NCBI GenBank assembly: GCA_001600815.1
Contig: BCKZ01000024.1
Span: forward strand, 62,001-126,000
Direction: 5' to 3'
Source: Alloascoidea hylecoeti
Lineage: Eukaryota
DNA length: 64,000 nt
Part shown: positions 45,619 through 57,864 of the stretch, one piece after another
Layout of the letters: every line of letters starts with the position of its first letter
Numbering within the stretch: the stretch's first letter is position 1
The notes under the pieces: generated by a model
Told to the model about the DNA's origin: nothing
The model's database searches: none
Seen by the model: only the letters and a program-made list of their open reading frames with translations
Program-made: the position numbers and the translations under genes

Positions 45619-47011
45619 GCATTCTCATTTTTATGATATATTATTTAAGGAGTATATGTTATAAACATGTTGAATTTAAAAATCTGGTTATACAATGAAT
45701 CAAACTGTATCGTATTTGACGATATATTTATTGATCTGATCCATCTTTGTGTAGAATATAATATAATTCTCACATAGTTGCTTTAAATGTTACCTAATTA
45801 TGATTTATACTTATTGTGTAATATATCTAATTATAACTGTATCATACAATCACTTATTATTATTAACTCTTAAAGCGCTTGCTTTGCTAGATCGTTTTGC
45901 TGAACTTATATGAAAACAATAAATATGTGGTTGTAACATTATTGTATCAGTACTATTCAGTAGTGTAAAAGGGTCAAATTATCATTACTCGAAGAATTAA
46001 GAAATATTAATAGTTTGTACTAACTTTGCAGGTAACCGCTTCTATCTGGCCTTTAGTGCTTTATATTCATTGAATCCATTCCATATAGCTCTAAACCCTA
46101 TGAAATTATAAATTTATCAGTGATATATGTGGTATACATCACGTGTCTGATAATTCTGAATGTAAACGTATTTTAATATAGCTACAGTCTTTTATAATAT
46201 TAATCAACATCATGATTCATGATCAATATTGCATATTTCAACAGATTGAAAGATTTAAATATCAACTCTAATTAAAATTATATATTTAAAGGTTTTTATA
46301 ATTAACACAACTCATCATATATGGCTTACAGGGAAATGTTTTATGGGTTAAAGATATAATTATAATTATACTAACATGTCAGTTTATTAGCTTTACATTT
46401 GAGATCCTTAAACATTATTAATATTGCAATTGTTAACATTCTTGTTAACCTTGTTATAATGTCTGATGATCTATAATTATAGAGATTTTACATGACCTTC
46501 AGCTATCTTCAATCTAGCCTTCATGTTAATGTTAGTGAGATACCGATGCTATGGAAACTACGGTAACAACCGTTTATTTGGAATGTTTGTAATTGCAGAT
46601 TTGTAACATATAACTTATTGTCATATACACTATATTTATAATTATAACATATAAATTATAAATTATAGCATCGTATTTTATCACAATTGCAATGATGATC
46701 ATGATATTTGTATGTGCACAATTTATTAATTATAACGTTTGATATTAATTATAAAATTTCTTATACATATAGCCATATTTACCGAAAGTAAAGAAAGGAT
46801 AAAAACAATAGGCCTAGGGCTAGCGATATTCCTACTTCTAGCTAAATTCTTAATCATGTAATTGATGTAGATCCAGATCTAGATCTAAGAGATAACAATT
46901 GTAATGTATCATATTAATCTTCTCAGTGATTAAAGCTTGTACTAGCTATTAGTTATAATTGTATGATTATAAATAGATTGAAGGATAATACTTTATAGAA
47001 TTATAATTAAC

Positions 47012-47047
47012 ATCACAATTACAATCACAATTACAATCACAATTACA
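47012..47047 (+). repeat. 12-bp tandem repeat (ATCACAATTACA), three copies
   Basis: Read directly from the sequence. Confidence 0.85.
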
Positions 47048-47659
47048 AACTTATATAATTAATAATTAATATTATACTACACGCTGATTATATTAATAGT
47101 ACAATTATATGAAATGCGATTTAACAATGATCTCATTAACTAACTAAAGTATAATATGATACATGATTGATTCAAACAGTATAAAAAAACAAAACAAAAT
47201 AATAATAATAATAAATTTAAATTTAAATTTAAAATAAAAAATATAAACAGATAAGTATATTGCAATTGATTAATGAGTGAAATGATTGGAATATTTTTCC
47301 AATTAACAATGAATGAAATTATTAAATAAATAATTATTGGAAGTTTTATATGTATGATAATTAATTAAAGGATAGAAAGAAAAAAGAAAATGCTAAAAGA
47401 TGAGGATATCATCATGAGAACAATTAATTGAAGTCCGAATCACAAAACAACATAATAATATAAGTAAATCGTTATTAATTATTCTTTTTAAATGATAAAT
47501 GAAAAAGAAAAAGAAAAAAAAAAACTTCTGATATAACACAGACATAAAAGTATTCAATCGAATTTAATAAAGAGAAAATAAAAGAATAAAGATTTAAAAA
47601 ATGAGAACTTTATTGTATTTAGTAAAGAAAGGTGTATCATTTAGATGTAAATGTAATGA

Positions 47660-49624
47660 TCAATTTTGGAATGGTTTTTGAGCATAACATAAAACAAGAT
47701 AATTTGAACTATGAAGTTGTTTATTTACAGAAGAGTTTAAATGAACTTTCATAATTTCTTCTTTTTCAACACTTGTAAAGTTTCCATAAGAAAATAACAT
47801 TGTTTGACAAAAATACATTGATAATAAATCAGTAACTTGACCAACTTGTCCACCCCAACCTTTTGGTAAAGCTAAACAAGTTTTATGAATATCAGTAAAA
47901 CCTGCTTGTTTTAAACGAGCAACGATCTTTTCACTTGGTTTCACTTCTAAACCTCTTCTTTTAACACCTTCTTTTAATTTATTCCATGTGGGTATGAAAT
48001 CAGGCGCAATGTTAAGTATCTCAAAGTCCGAGACAACAAGTTCAATATATCCACCAGGTTTCAAAATTCTGTATATTTGGGCTAGAGTGCTGTCCCATTC
48101 GTGGCTTTTCAGAAAATACCATAATGATCTGGCACAAACAGCCTGGAAGAAATTATCTTCAAATGGTAAAGAAGATGTAGTTTTACTAACAAATGGAATG
48201 AAATTTTGAGGACCATCATAATTTTCTTCATAATTGAGTTGTAAACCATTCAAAATTGGTTTATATCCATAAACTAAAGTATTCGGGTAATCTAGGGCGA
48301 TCTGCCATGACCATTGATCTTTTAATACACCTTGGAAATCAAGGATTGGGGCGATCTCTGTATTAAAATCTGTAGGGTTCCTGAAACCAGGTGAGAAAAG
48401 TAATTGCCCTTTTAAAATGTAACGTAATGCCATGATGACCCATAATTCGATAATGTCCGATTCCTTTCCCTTTTCATAAGTTCTTAGATATTGTAGCCAT
48501 GCTTCTCGTCTAGTTGTACCATAGATAAGAGCATCGGAGTGTTTACTATTTGCAGCGAAAGCGAAGAAAGTTTGCCAAAGTGAGGGTTCATTTAAGCCGG
48601 AACCAAGATTGCTATTTATGCTTGCAGTTGCAGGGTTTGCAGCAGATGGGCTCTGGTGGATACTATTATGGATTGATACTGAGGAGCTGCCCACCGAGCC
48701 CGCAATGGAGGTCATGGACATTCTTAGAGATTTATCGTTTGATACCTCATAGACACGCCTTCTGGGTTCGCTGTTGGTGGTGGTGACTGTGTGGAGGGTC
48801 TGTGGGGAGGTTGAAGCAGCCGAAACTGTATATTTGTTGGAGGTGCTTGAATCTCGTGAAGTAGTCATGGTTGATTCTGGACGGGACGAGGGTCTGCCGC
48901 TCCAGACGTGCTGGCCATCAGCCACACGGAAGCCAGTTCCAGAGAATACAGAAGAGGAGTAAGAAGATCGCGACATTCGTTGATTTGAGAGAGAGGAGGA
49001 GGAGACTCTTATTTCAGGAGATTCGGGGTGTACGGAGGGAGTTTCGTCCGTTCCAAAGGCGGCACGCAGAGTAGAATTTGATCTGGCGTTTTTCAGTGAG
49101 TCGCTGCCGGTCTCTGCGGTGTCACTCGCACTGCTTGTGCTGCTTGTGCTGCTGGCCGTGCTGCTCACAGGTGTGGACTTCTCGCTGAAATTGGCACTGG
49201 CACCAGTGCTGACGCTTCGGTTGGACGACGTCTTGTGCAACTCCGAGGCCGTGCTGTACGCGTGGTAGTCCTTATACGAAACCACCCGTCGGTTGCGCTG
49301 GTTGGAGGAGCTGGAGTTGGAGCTGGAGTTGGACCCCTGGGACCCCTGGGACCCCTGTAGGCTCTCGCCTGCACCACTAGAAGCAGACAACTTGATGTTC
49401 TGAGACTCCAGAGAGGAGTGGGAGGAATTGTGAGACCGTATTCTGTCGCGGTCTGTGTGGGTGTGAGAGTATGGAGAGCCAAGGGATGCCTGGTTGGATA
49501 CCCGGAACCTGTTGACAACACCAGAGAAGAGACGTGAAGATCGGGATTCATTGGATTTGATGGAGAAGGTAGATCTTCTATCGTCGAAATCGACCTCCAG
49601 CGATGACTTTTGTGAGTTCCCCAT
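47660..49624 (-). CDS. Class I SAM-methyltransferase-like protein with a long Ser-rich N-terminus
   Basis: ILDFQG...WSWQIA..YP, LPFEDNFF and L.QIYRILKPGGYIE motifs; the first ATG is at 49624 (MGNSQK). Confidence 0.8.
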   Translation of the reverse strand: MGNSQKSSLEVDFDDRRSTFSIKSNESRSSRLFSGVVNRFRVSNQASLGSPYSHTHTDRDRIRSHNSSHSSLESQNIKLSASSGAGESLQGSQGSQGSNSSSNSSSSNQRNRRVVSYKDYHAYSTASELHKTSSNRSVSTGASANFSEKSTPVSSTASSTSSTSSASDTAETGSDSLKNARSNSTLRAAFGTDETPSVHPESPEIRVSSSSLSNQRMSRSSYSSSVFSGTGFRVADGQHVWSGRPSSRPESTMTTSRDSSTSNKYTVSAASTSPQTLHTVTTTNSEPRRRVYEVSNDKSLRMSMTSIAGSVGSSSVSIHNSIHQSPSAANPATASINSNLGSGLNEPSLWQTFFAFAANSKHSDALIYGTTRREAWLQYLRTYEKGKESDIIELWVIMALRYILKGQLLFSPGFRNPTDFNTEIAPILDFQGVLKDQWSWQIALDYPNTLVYGYKPILNGLQLNYEENYDGPQNFIPFVSKTTSSLPFEDNFFQAVCARSLWYFLKSHEWDSTLAQIYRILKPGGYIELVVSDFEILNIAPDFIPTWNKLKEGVKRRGLEVKPSEKIVARLKQAGFTDIHKTCLALPKGWGGQVGQVTDLLSMYFCQTMLFSYGNFTSVEKEEIMKVHLNSSVNKQLHSSNYLVLCYAQKPFQN

Positions 49625-50115
49625 AAGATATACAAATAGTAGAGAATTGATACCGATGAAGAAAACAAGCAACGCTGGAGGAACTAAATAGCAAGATGTC
49701 TCAATGTTTTGTATTATAATTAAAATTATAATATGCTCTGCAGAAGATGTCTGATAGAAATCGTTGCAATAATAAAAATAATATGAATAATAAAAATAAT
49801 GAATAATAAAAATAATATGAATAATAATAATAATTGTTGATAATTTTCTTCCAGCACCGCAGCATAAACATTCCCTTTTTACTATTCTTCCAATCGCAAA
49901 TCATGGCTGTCTATCACGAGAATTCCCTAAGTTTCTTCTGTTGCAGAGAATTTTCTTAGCATACTTAAATATTTAATATTGATCATGAAGTTTCACTTCA
50001 TTTCATTTCACGTTATCCCCGTACCAAAATTCAATCCATCCGGCATAACTTTATTTTTTTATACTCCATAGAATATTATGGAACGGGTGTAGAATACAGC
50101 ACGCATGCTACACAC

Positions 50116-50130
50116 TGAAAAGTTTTTTTT
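50116..50130 (+). promoter_or_regulatory. RRPE-like element in the NOG2 promoter
   Basis: TGAAAAGTTTT upstream of a ribosome-biogenesis gene. Confidence 0.45.
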
Positions 50131-50173
50131 TCCTTTTTGCAGTCTGTTTAGCTTATCAATTAAATTTTTTAAA

Positions 50174-52103
50174 ATGGGTACAGGAAAGAAAGAAAAAAAC
50201 AGAAGGGATCGACAGAATGATTCTAGAGATGGGAACTTAAGGGTTAAGGGTGAGAATTTCTACAGAGATGCCAAAAAAGTGAAGAAATTGGGCATGTATA
50301 AAGAAGGTAGAGCGGTTAGGAACGCAAAGGGTGAAATCGTTCAAGCTGCTACTTTTCAATCTACTGAATTACCAAATGCACGGGTAGATCCTAATAGGAA
50401 ATGGTTTGGAAATACAAGAGTTATTGCTCAAGATGCTTTAACGCATTTCAGAGAAGCTCTTGGCGAGAAATCAAGGGATTCATATCAAGTATTATTAAAA
50501 CAAAATAAATTACCAATGTCTCTTTTACAAGAAAATACAAAAATTCCACAAGTTAAAATCATTGAAACTGAATCTTATTCTCAAACTTTTGGTCCAAAAT
50601 CACAAAGGAAAAAACCAAAACTTGCGGCTTCAAATTTGGAAGAAATTATGAAAGATTCTGAAAAATCATTAGATACATATGAAACAAAAGAAGATACAAG
50701 AAAAATGCTTAATCTTGATGAAAATTGGTCAAAAGATGAAGCAAAAGAATTTATATTTTCAAAAGGTCAATCCAAAAGAATATGGAATGAATTATATAAA
50801 GTTATTGATTCATCTGATGTTGTTGTACAGGTTTTAGATGCAAGAGATCCATTAGGTACAAGGTGTGAATCTGTTGAGCAATATATGAAGAAAGAAACTC
50901 CTCATAAACATTTGATTCTGATTCTTAATAAAACTGATTTGGTTCCAACATGGGTTGCGGTAAGTTTTTAATTTTTAATTTTCTTTATGATAATTTTTTT
51001 TTTTCTCTCTTTTTTGATCTTGATAATTTTTTTTCATTATGGCGACCCAAAGTTTTTTGTCAGGATTTTCCACGCATGTGTTTTAAACACTTATGCACTT
51101 ATCACAATGTGAATTGTCTGTTATAACTTTGGAAAATTAAATGTTTTCTCCAATCTTCACTTTACGTTCTGTAAAGTTTCGGAGTCTACAAACGTTTCAT
51201 ATTGAGTTGAGGATTAATACCCCTTTTTAGGGATTCTTATATTGATCCTCGTAGTCTTGAAACAAACATATTAAATAAAAAAAGCCCTTCACTTTATTCT
51301 CTCCATCACTTTTTCTTATTTATACTTTAATTGGTTTATTACCGTATACTAACTCTTTTGGTTTACAGGCTGCTTGGGTTAAACATTTATCAAAAGATTA
51401 TCCAACATTAGCATTCCATGCTTCAATTACAAATTCATTTGGTAAAGGAAGTTTAATTGAACTTCTTTTACAATTTCAAAATTTACACAAAGAAAGGAAA
51501 CAAATTTCTGTTGGTTTCATTGGTTATCCAAATGTTGGTAAATCATCAATAATTAATACTTTAAAGAAGAAAAAAGTTTGTACTGTTGCTCCAATTCCAG
51601 GTGAAACTAAAGTATGGCAATATATTACATTAATGAAGAAGATTTTTTTAATTGATTGTCCTGGAATTGTACCACCAAGTGCACAAGCATCAGAAACTGA
51701 TATTTTATTTAGAGGTGTTGTTCGTGTTGAAAATGTTTCTGATCCTGAACAATTTATACCTGCTTTATTAGAAAGGTGTAAACGTCAACATTTAGAAAGA
51801 ACTTATGAAATTTCTGGTTGGGAAAATGCTACTGAATTCTTGGAAAAAATTGCAAGAAAACAAGGAAAATTATTAAAAGGTGGTGAACCTGATGAATCTA
51901 CTGTTGCTAAACATATACTGAATGATTTCAATCGGGGGAAAATTCCTTGGTTTGTTGCTCCCCCTTTTAGTGAAGAAAAACTTGAAAAGGGATCTGGTAG
52001 ATTAGGAGAAATGAGAAAGAGAAAGCGAGAAGAATTGGTTAATGACGAAGAATCAACTGAAACTCCTGAAACCACTAAGGTTGCTGTTGAACAAGCTGCA
52101 TAG
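50174..52103 (+). CDS. NOG2: Nucleolar GTPase Nog2; exons 50174-50959, 51369-52103
   Basis: [49 protein letters not shown] and DCPG motifs; junction WVA|AAWV. Confidence 0.97.
51045..51271 (+). ncRNA. snR191: Intronic H/ACA snoRNA, snR191 ortholog
   Basis: Lies in the NOG2 intron, the known host of snR191. Hairpin CCAAAGTT/AACTTTGG plus H box AAATTA; hairpin GTTTCA/TGAAAC with GAGGATTAATA/TATTGATCCTC plus ACA at 51266. Pockets GUCA/GUUA and GAGU/UAGU complement 25S helix 69 GUAACUAUGACUC. Confidence 0.88.
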
Positions 52104-52458
52104 ATTTGGGAATTTAAATCCTAAAATAGATGAAAGTTTCCTACCAAACAAAAGGAATAATATAAATTTTGATCATAGACCTAACTTACTTACTTTTACC
52201 TGTTTTTTTACTTCTTTATACTATATTATATATATTTGCGTGGGTTTTAATGTTAACACTTTCAAGCATTGCATTTCAGATAATTCAAACCGTTCTTATT
52301 TATATAGAACAATATTAGTGTAACTCTGTATTTTATCATTTAAGGTATTATCTTTTAATATTACAACTTAGGAAGTGGATGGGTGTTTCACTTACCTTCA
52401 ATCCTCCAAGAGACATAGCTGATACTCAACGTCGAACACAAAACAAACAACACACAAA

Positions 52459-53813
52459 ATGGCAATGCGATTTAACAATGCTCCAATGGGAGATCATCAG
52501 CATTCTATGGCTTACTCTGGAATGGGCCTACCGATCGGTGGAGGCGTTGGTAACGGCGCCAATGACCCTATAATGAATCTAAATAACCAAATGCTTCCAA
52601 TGCAACCGCAAGTAGCGATGAATCGACGTATTTTACAACAGCCTTATGGAATACCTGGAGCAGGGAATATTATGGGAGCACATGGTATGGGTTTAAACCA
52701 ACAAAGACCGACGTGTGTGAATGTTTGGAAATCAAACCTGGAAGCAACGTTTAGGCTAATTCGAGAATTAATTTCACAATACCCAGTTATATCTGTTGTA
52801 AGTTTTTTTCTAAATTAAAATCCAATATCTCGAGGAAGATTAAAAAGAAACAACTAACAAAAGTTTCATTAGAACACCGAGTTTCCAGGTATTATCGCTC
52901 GACCTATCGGAACATTTAAATCAACCACAGATTATCATTATCAGACGATGCGAACAAACGGCGATATCATAAATTTAATTCAACTTGGATTATCGCTTAC
53001 AGATGAGAACGGCAATCGACCGGAAGGGATAGAAAGTATCTGGCAGTTCAATTTTTCTTTTGATAGAGAGTAAGCAGTTTCCTTGTATCCTTTACACATA
53101 TTGTTTTCACTAACTTTATAAAGAACTGATATGTATTCGGCGGACATGATAGAACAACTTATAAATTCTGGCGTGAATTTAAAACAACATAAGGAAGAAG
53201 GAATAGATCATTTTACATTTGTGGAACTCTTATATGATAGTGGGTTAGTCCTACAAGAAGATGTCAAGTGGTTAAGTTTTCATGGGTAAGTGCGACTGTT
53301 AGTTATCCGTTCACTTTACTTGATTATATAGAATTAACACTCATTATTAGGGGTTACGATTTCGGTTTCATAATTTCGTTACTGATAAATAGACCATTAC
53401 CTTCACAAGAAGACGATTTTCTATGGTGGTTAAATGCTTTTTTTCCAAATGTTTATGATGTTAAACATATTTCAAGAGTTCACAACCGTGAACTACAAGG
53501 AGGTCCAACTGATCTTGCTGATAGTCTAGGGATTCCACACTTGAATCTGATGACACCAGGCTACCATGCTGTGTTGGCAGGTTTGTGTTTTTTTGAATTG
53601 AAGAAGAGATACTTCCCAGATGGACAAGGTAAAAACTTTAGGTAAGCATTTATTTTAAACATTGGACATAACCTTTATTATCCATCTAACAAAATTTTTA
53701 GGAATCAAATATTTGGGCTTTCCAAAAAAGAGGACAGTTCTGTTGAACAACCTGGCCTTGCTCCTAGTATCGGAATTAAATCACAGCCACCAGGCTTGTC
53801 TCATAACTACTAG
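52459..53813 (+). CDS. POP2: CCR4-NOT subunit Pop2/Caf1 with degenerate DEDD residues; exons 52459-52797, 52873-53069, 53124-53285, 53351-53641, 53702-53813
   Basis: [42 protein letters not shown] and W.SFHGGYDFG motifs; all four introns keep frame. Confidence 0.9.
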
Positions 53814-54115
53814 GACCTATAGTTAAACTTGTTCTATTGTTTCTCTAATTGTTATACATTTGTAATTTATTTAATATCTGGACTATAGATTATAATGTGC
53901 TAGCTTTATATATTTATAATGTTTAAACTCTTAAAACAACCTTCTAGATATAAAATGAAACGTTATAGTTTACGGTACGCGTATATATGGGTCCGTGCTC
54001 TATTATACACACCAGTTGAAAATAAGAAAACCTCAGCATCATACAAAAGACCCATAAAAGTCACTTCTTGCGTCGCAAAAGTTAAGTAATTCTGTGCATT
54101 GTTTTATTCTGATCG

Positions 54116-54411
54116 GTATGTTATTTTTGAGTCTCATAAAATATGAGGAGAGTAAATAAAATCATTCGTGTGTGGTTTTCTAGAGGATTTTGTGGCTTGA
54201 TGAAGAGTAATATCAACTTTTGAAGTTAATAGTATGCCTATCATCATGTCCGCCCCCCTGACGGCTCACTATCCCTACGGGGGCTAACATTTTGTTTCAA
54301 CATAGCCCGTCTATCGCCAAATATTACGAAATGCTCTAGACTTTCACCATATCAGATTTTTTAAATGTGTAGATGGATTAATGTACTAACTATAATTTTT
54401 CACTTTTTTAG
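54116..54411 (+). other. 5'UTR intron of BRE5/NXT3 containing a structured RNA candidate
   Basis: GTATGT at 54116, TACTAAC at 54384, TAG ending at 54411; nested complementary segments at 54170-54353. Confidence 0.7.
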
Positions 54412-54454
54412 CTAAAGGTCGCTCCCGTTTAATTTTCTTTCCATCTTGTTTAAT

Positions 54455-55972
54455 ATGTCAGTACCTACCCCCGAAGCTAATGTCACCAAGCAGCCAAAGG
54501 CCATCGATGAAATTGTTTGGTGTTTCATAGAAACTTATTATCAGCATCTTAACGAACAACCCGAACGTCTTCATTTGTTCTATAATAACAAATCTGTCTT
54601 ACTACATGGTGAAGAGGCTCTTGAAGAGAAATCTGTTCAAGGTCAAGCCTCTATCAATGAAAGAATCCTAAAGCATGGATTCAAAGACTGTAAGGTTATG
54701 ATTATCAATGCTGATTTTCAATTCTCTTTAGATCAGTCCATTGTTGTCGTTGTAATTGGCGAAATGTCAAACAATAATGAACCGGCTAGAAAATTTGTTC
54801 AAACCTTTGTTCTTGCTAATTCTGGGCCTGACAAGTATTTCGTCTTAAACGATATTTTGCGCTTTTTGAAGGAAGAAACTTTCTATTCAGATGACTATGA
54901 AGGATCTGAGTATAGATATGCAGAAGAAGCTACAATTGAAACCTCAGGTACACCCACTACCACAACTGCACCTAGTGACACATCCAAGATTGAAGAGTCT
55001 ACTGCTGCTCCTGCTGTTGTCTCCACTATTGCTCCTGCTGCTGACTCTGCGCCAGCTCCAGCTCCAGCTCCAGCTCCAGCTCCGGTTTCTGCCCCTACCC
55101 CTAAGGTCGATCTCCCTTCTCTTAAAGAAGTACCCCAAGCCGAAGTTGAAGTACGGGCACCAGAGCCTGTAGTTACCGAAAAGGAACAAATAGAACCGCC
55201 AAAGGTTGAAAATAAGTTGGAACCTGAAATTATTGAGAAGCCGGCTCCAACTGAAGATGAGAAGAAAGAAGCGCCACAAGTTAAACAAACCAAGCCAATC
55301 GAAACCAAATCAGAGCCAGTTAGAACAGGAACTCCCGTTGTCGTACCTGCTGTTCCTGCCGTACCAGTATCATGGGCTGCTGCTATTGCGAAGAACAAGT
55401 CTAGTGCAAAGGCTGCAGCAGCTAAATCAGCCGCACAAACAGCAACTACAGTCCCTGTTGCTGCTCCTGTTGTTTCTGTTCCCACCCCTGTTAAAGAGAA
55501 TGTCACAGAAAACGAGACAGCACCGTCCGATGTAGCTGACAATGAGACATCAAACTCAAATAGTTCCATTGCTGCACCAACAGATACATCTTCCCCGGCT
55601 GCAATTTCTTCAGCCGCGGCCAATGCTCAACACAGAGAGAGAAGACAAACACCAATTTATCATTCTGTATATGTAAAAAATATACCAATTAAAATTGATG
55701 AAGACCTTCTCTTCAAAAAGTTGAGCCAATTTGGTAAAGTAACACACTTCCAGTTGGTCAGACCCAACAAAGCTGCATTTGTTGATTATTTTGATGAAGC
55801 CTCAGTTAAGCGAGCACTTTCCGCAAGAAATATTACTGTTGGAGAACATCAAATTTTAATTGACGAAAGAAAGAGGGGTGGATCCAAGAATAAAAATAAA
55901 TTAGGAGGTGAGAGAAGACCTGCTTATAAGAAGATTGATAGAGAGAGAGCTCCTATTAGACACAAACAATAA
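54455..55972 (+). CDS. BRE5: NTF2 + RRM protein (Bre5/Nxt3/G3BP-like)
   Basis: NTF2 domain (W.F...YY..L...PERLHLFY, RKFVQTFVLA, YFVLNDILR); Pro/Ala/Glu-rich linker; SWA motif; RRM (VYVKNIP, AFVDY). Confidence 0.85.
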   Translation: MSVPTPEANVTKQPKAIDEIVWCFIETYYQHLNEQPERLHLFYNNKSVLLHGEEALEEKSVQGQASINERILKHGFKDCKVMIINADFQFSLDQSIVVVVIGEMSNNNEPARKFVQTFVLANSGPDKYFVLNDILRFLKEETFYSDDYEGSEYRYAEEATIETSGTPTTTTAPSDTSKIEESTAAPAVVSTIAPAADSAPAPAPAPAPAPVSAPTPKVDLPSLKEVPQAEVEVRAPEPVVTEKEQIEPPKVENKLEPEIIEKPAPTEDEKKEAPQVKQTKPIETKSEPVRTGTPVVVPAVPAVPVSWAAAIAKNKSSAKAAAAKSAAQTATTVPVAAPVVSVPTPVKENVTENETAPSDVADNETSNSNSSIAAPTDTSSPAAISSAAANAQHRERRQTPIYHSVYVKNIPIKIDEDLLFKKLSQFGKVTHFQLVRPNKAAFVDYFDEASVKRALSARNITVGEHQILIDERKRGGSKNKNKLGGERRPAYKKIDRERAPIRHKQ

Positions 55973-56584
55973 ACTTCTTCATCTAAAACAAAACGCTAGA
56001 AAGTTTGGAAACGAGCAATGCATTTCTAGTGTTGTATTGGATAATTATTTAGCGGGGGATAGTAATGTAAAAATACAATTGGAAATTATGAAAGAATAAC
56101 TGGCTCTTTTTATTATTATTTATATTTATTTTCAATATTCTTGATCTCCATTTAATTACCTCAAATTTAAAAAAACCAAAACATTCTATAAAAAAAAAAA
56201 ACAACTGAAGAAGTCTATGAAGGGAAAAAAAGTAAGAAAATGTAAATGTAAATTAAAATGAAAAACAGATCTAATTAAGTAGATGTTTATACATACATTT
56301 TTGCTGTTTATTATTACTATTATTACGATTATTATTATTATGATTATCATTAGCATATTGAAAATTAACTGAAGGAAAAAGTAAAGAAGCTTAAGCGTAA
56401 TCTATATATGTTTCATTTTTTAATAAAAATGTATTTTGTTTGTTAACTATAGCTATTGGTATATGCATAGAATAATATACCCATAGGGTTATATTTAAAG
56501 TTCAAATGAAACAGCAAACCATCAATTATGATAACTATAGCTGGTTGCTATATACGATTTTTATGAGTGGATAATATACCTAAG

Positions 56585-57575
<991 letters not shown>

Positions 57576-57864
57576 AGTTGATTATCTAAAAATTTGGATG
57601 ATTTAAGGGGTTGTTCCGGTGTCAATGGGGTGTGTTGGCAAAAAAGTATTTCTGTAGCAAGGTGTAAGTCGGAGGAAGAAAGGGAGGAAAGAACGGGAAC
57701 ATAGAAATAAGCAACCACACGTAACCAAAGCATTCAAATCTAAATACATATAAGAAAACACACAATGTTATAGTACACATTTATATATATTAATTTACAT
57801 ATATATGTTTGATTACGATAGAATGGGCAAAATAAGGACGAACATGGTATAATTTTGATTCATT

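Noticed and set aside
54197..54261. C/D-box snoRNA (TTGATGA...CTGA) in the BRE5 intron
   Set aside because: Box C is imperfect and pairs with TCATCA, and I recognise no rRNA-complementary guide before CTGA. It is kept only as a generic structured-RNA candidate.
54895..55623. Long antisense or alternative-frame ORFs (242 aa here; also 2154-2720, 42451-42993, 49165-49668)
   Set aside because: These are shadows of real genes over low-complexity or GC-rich coding sequence, with no independent motifs.
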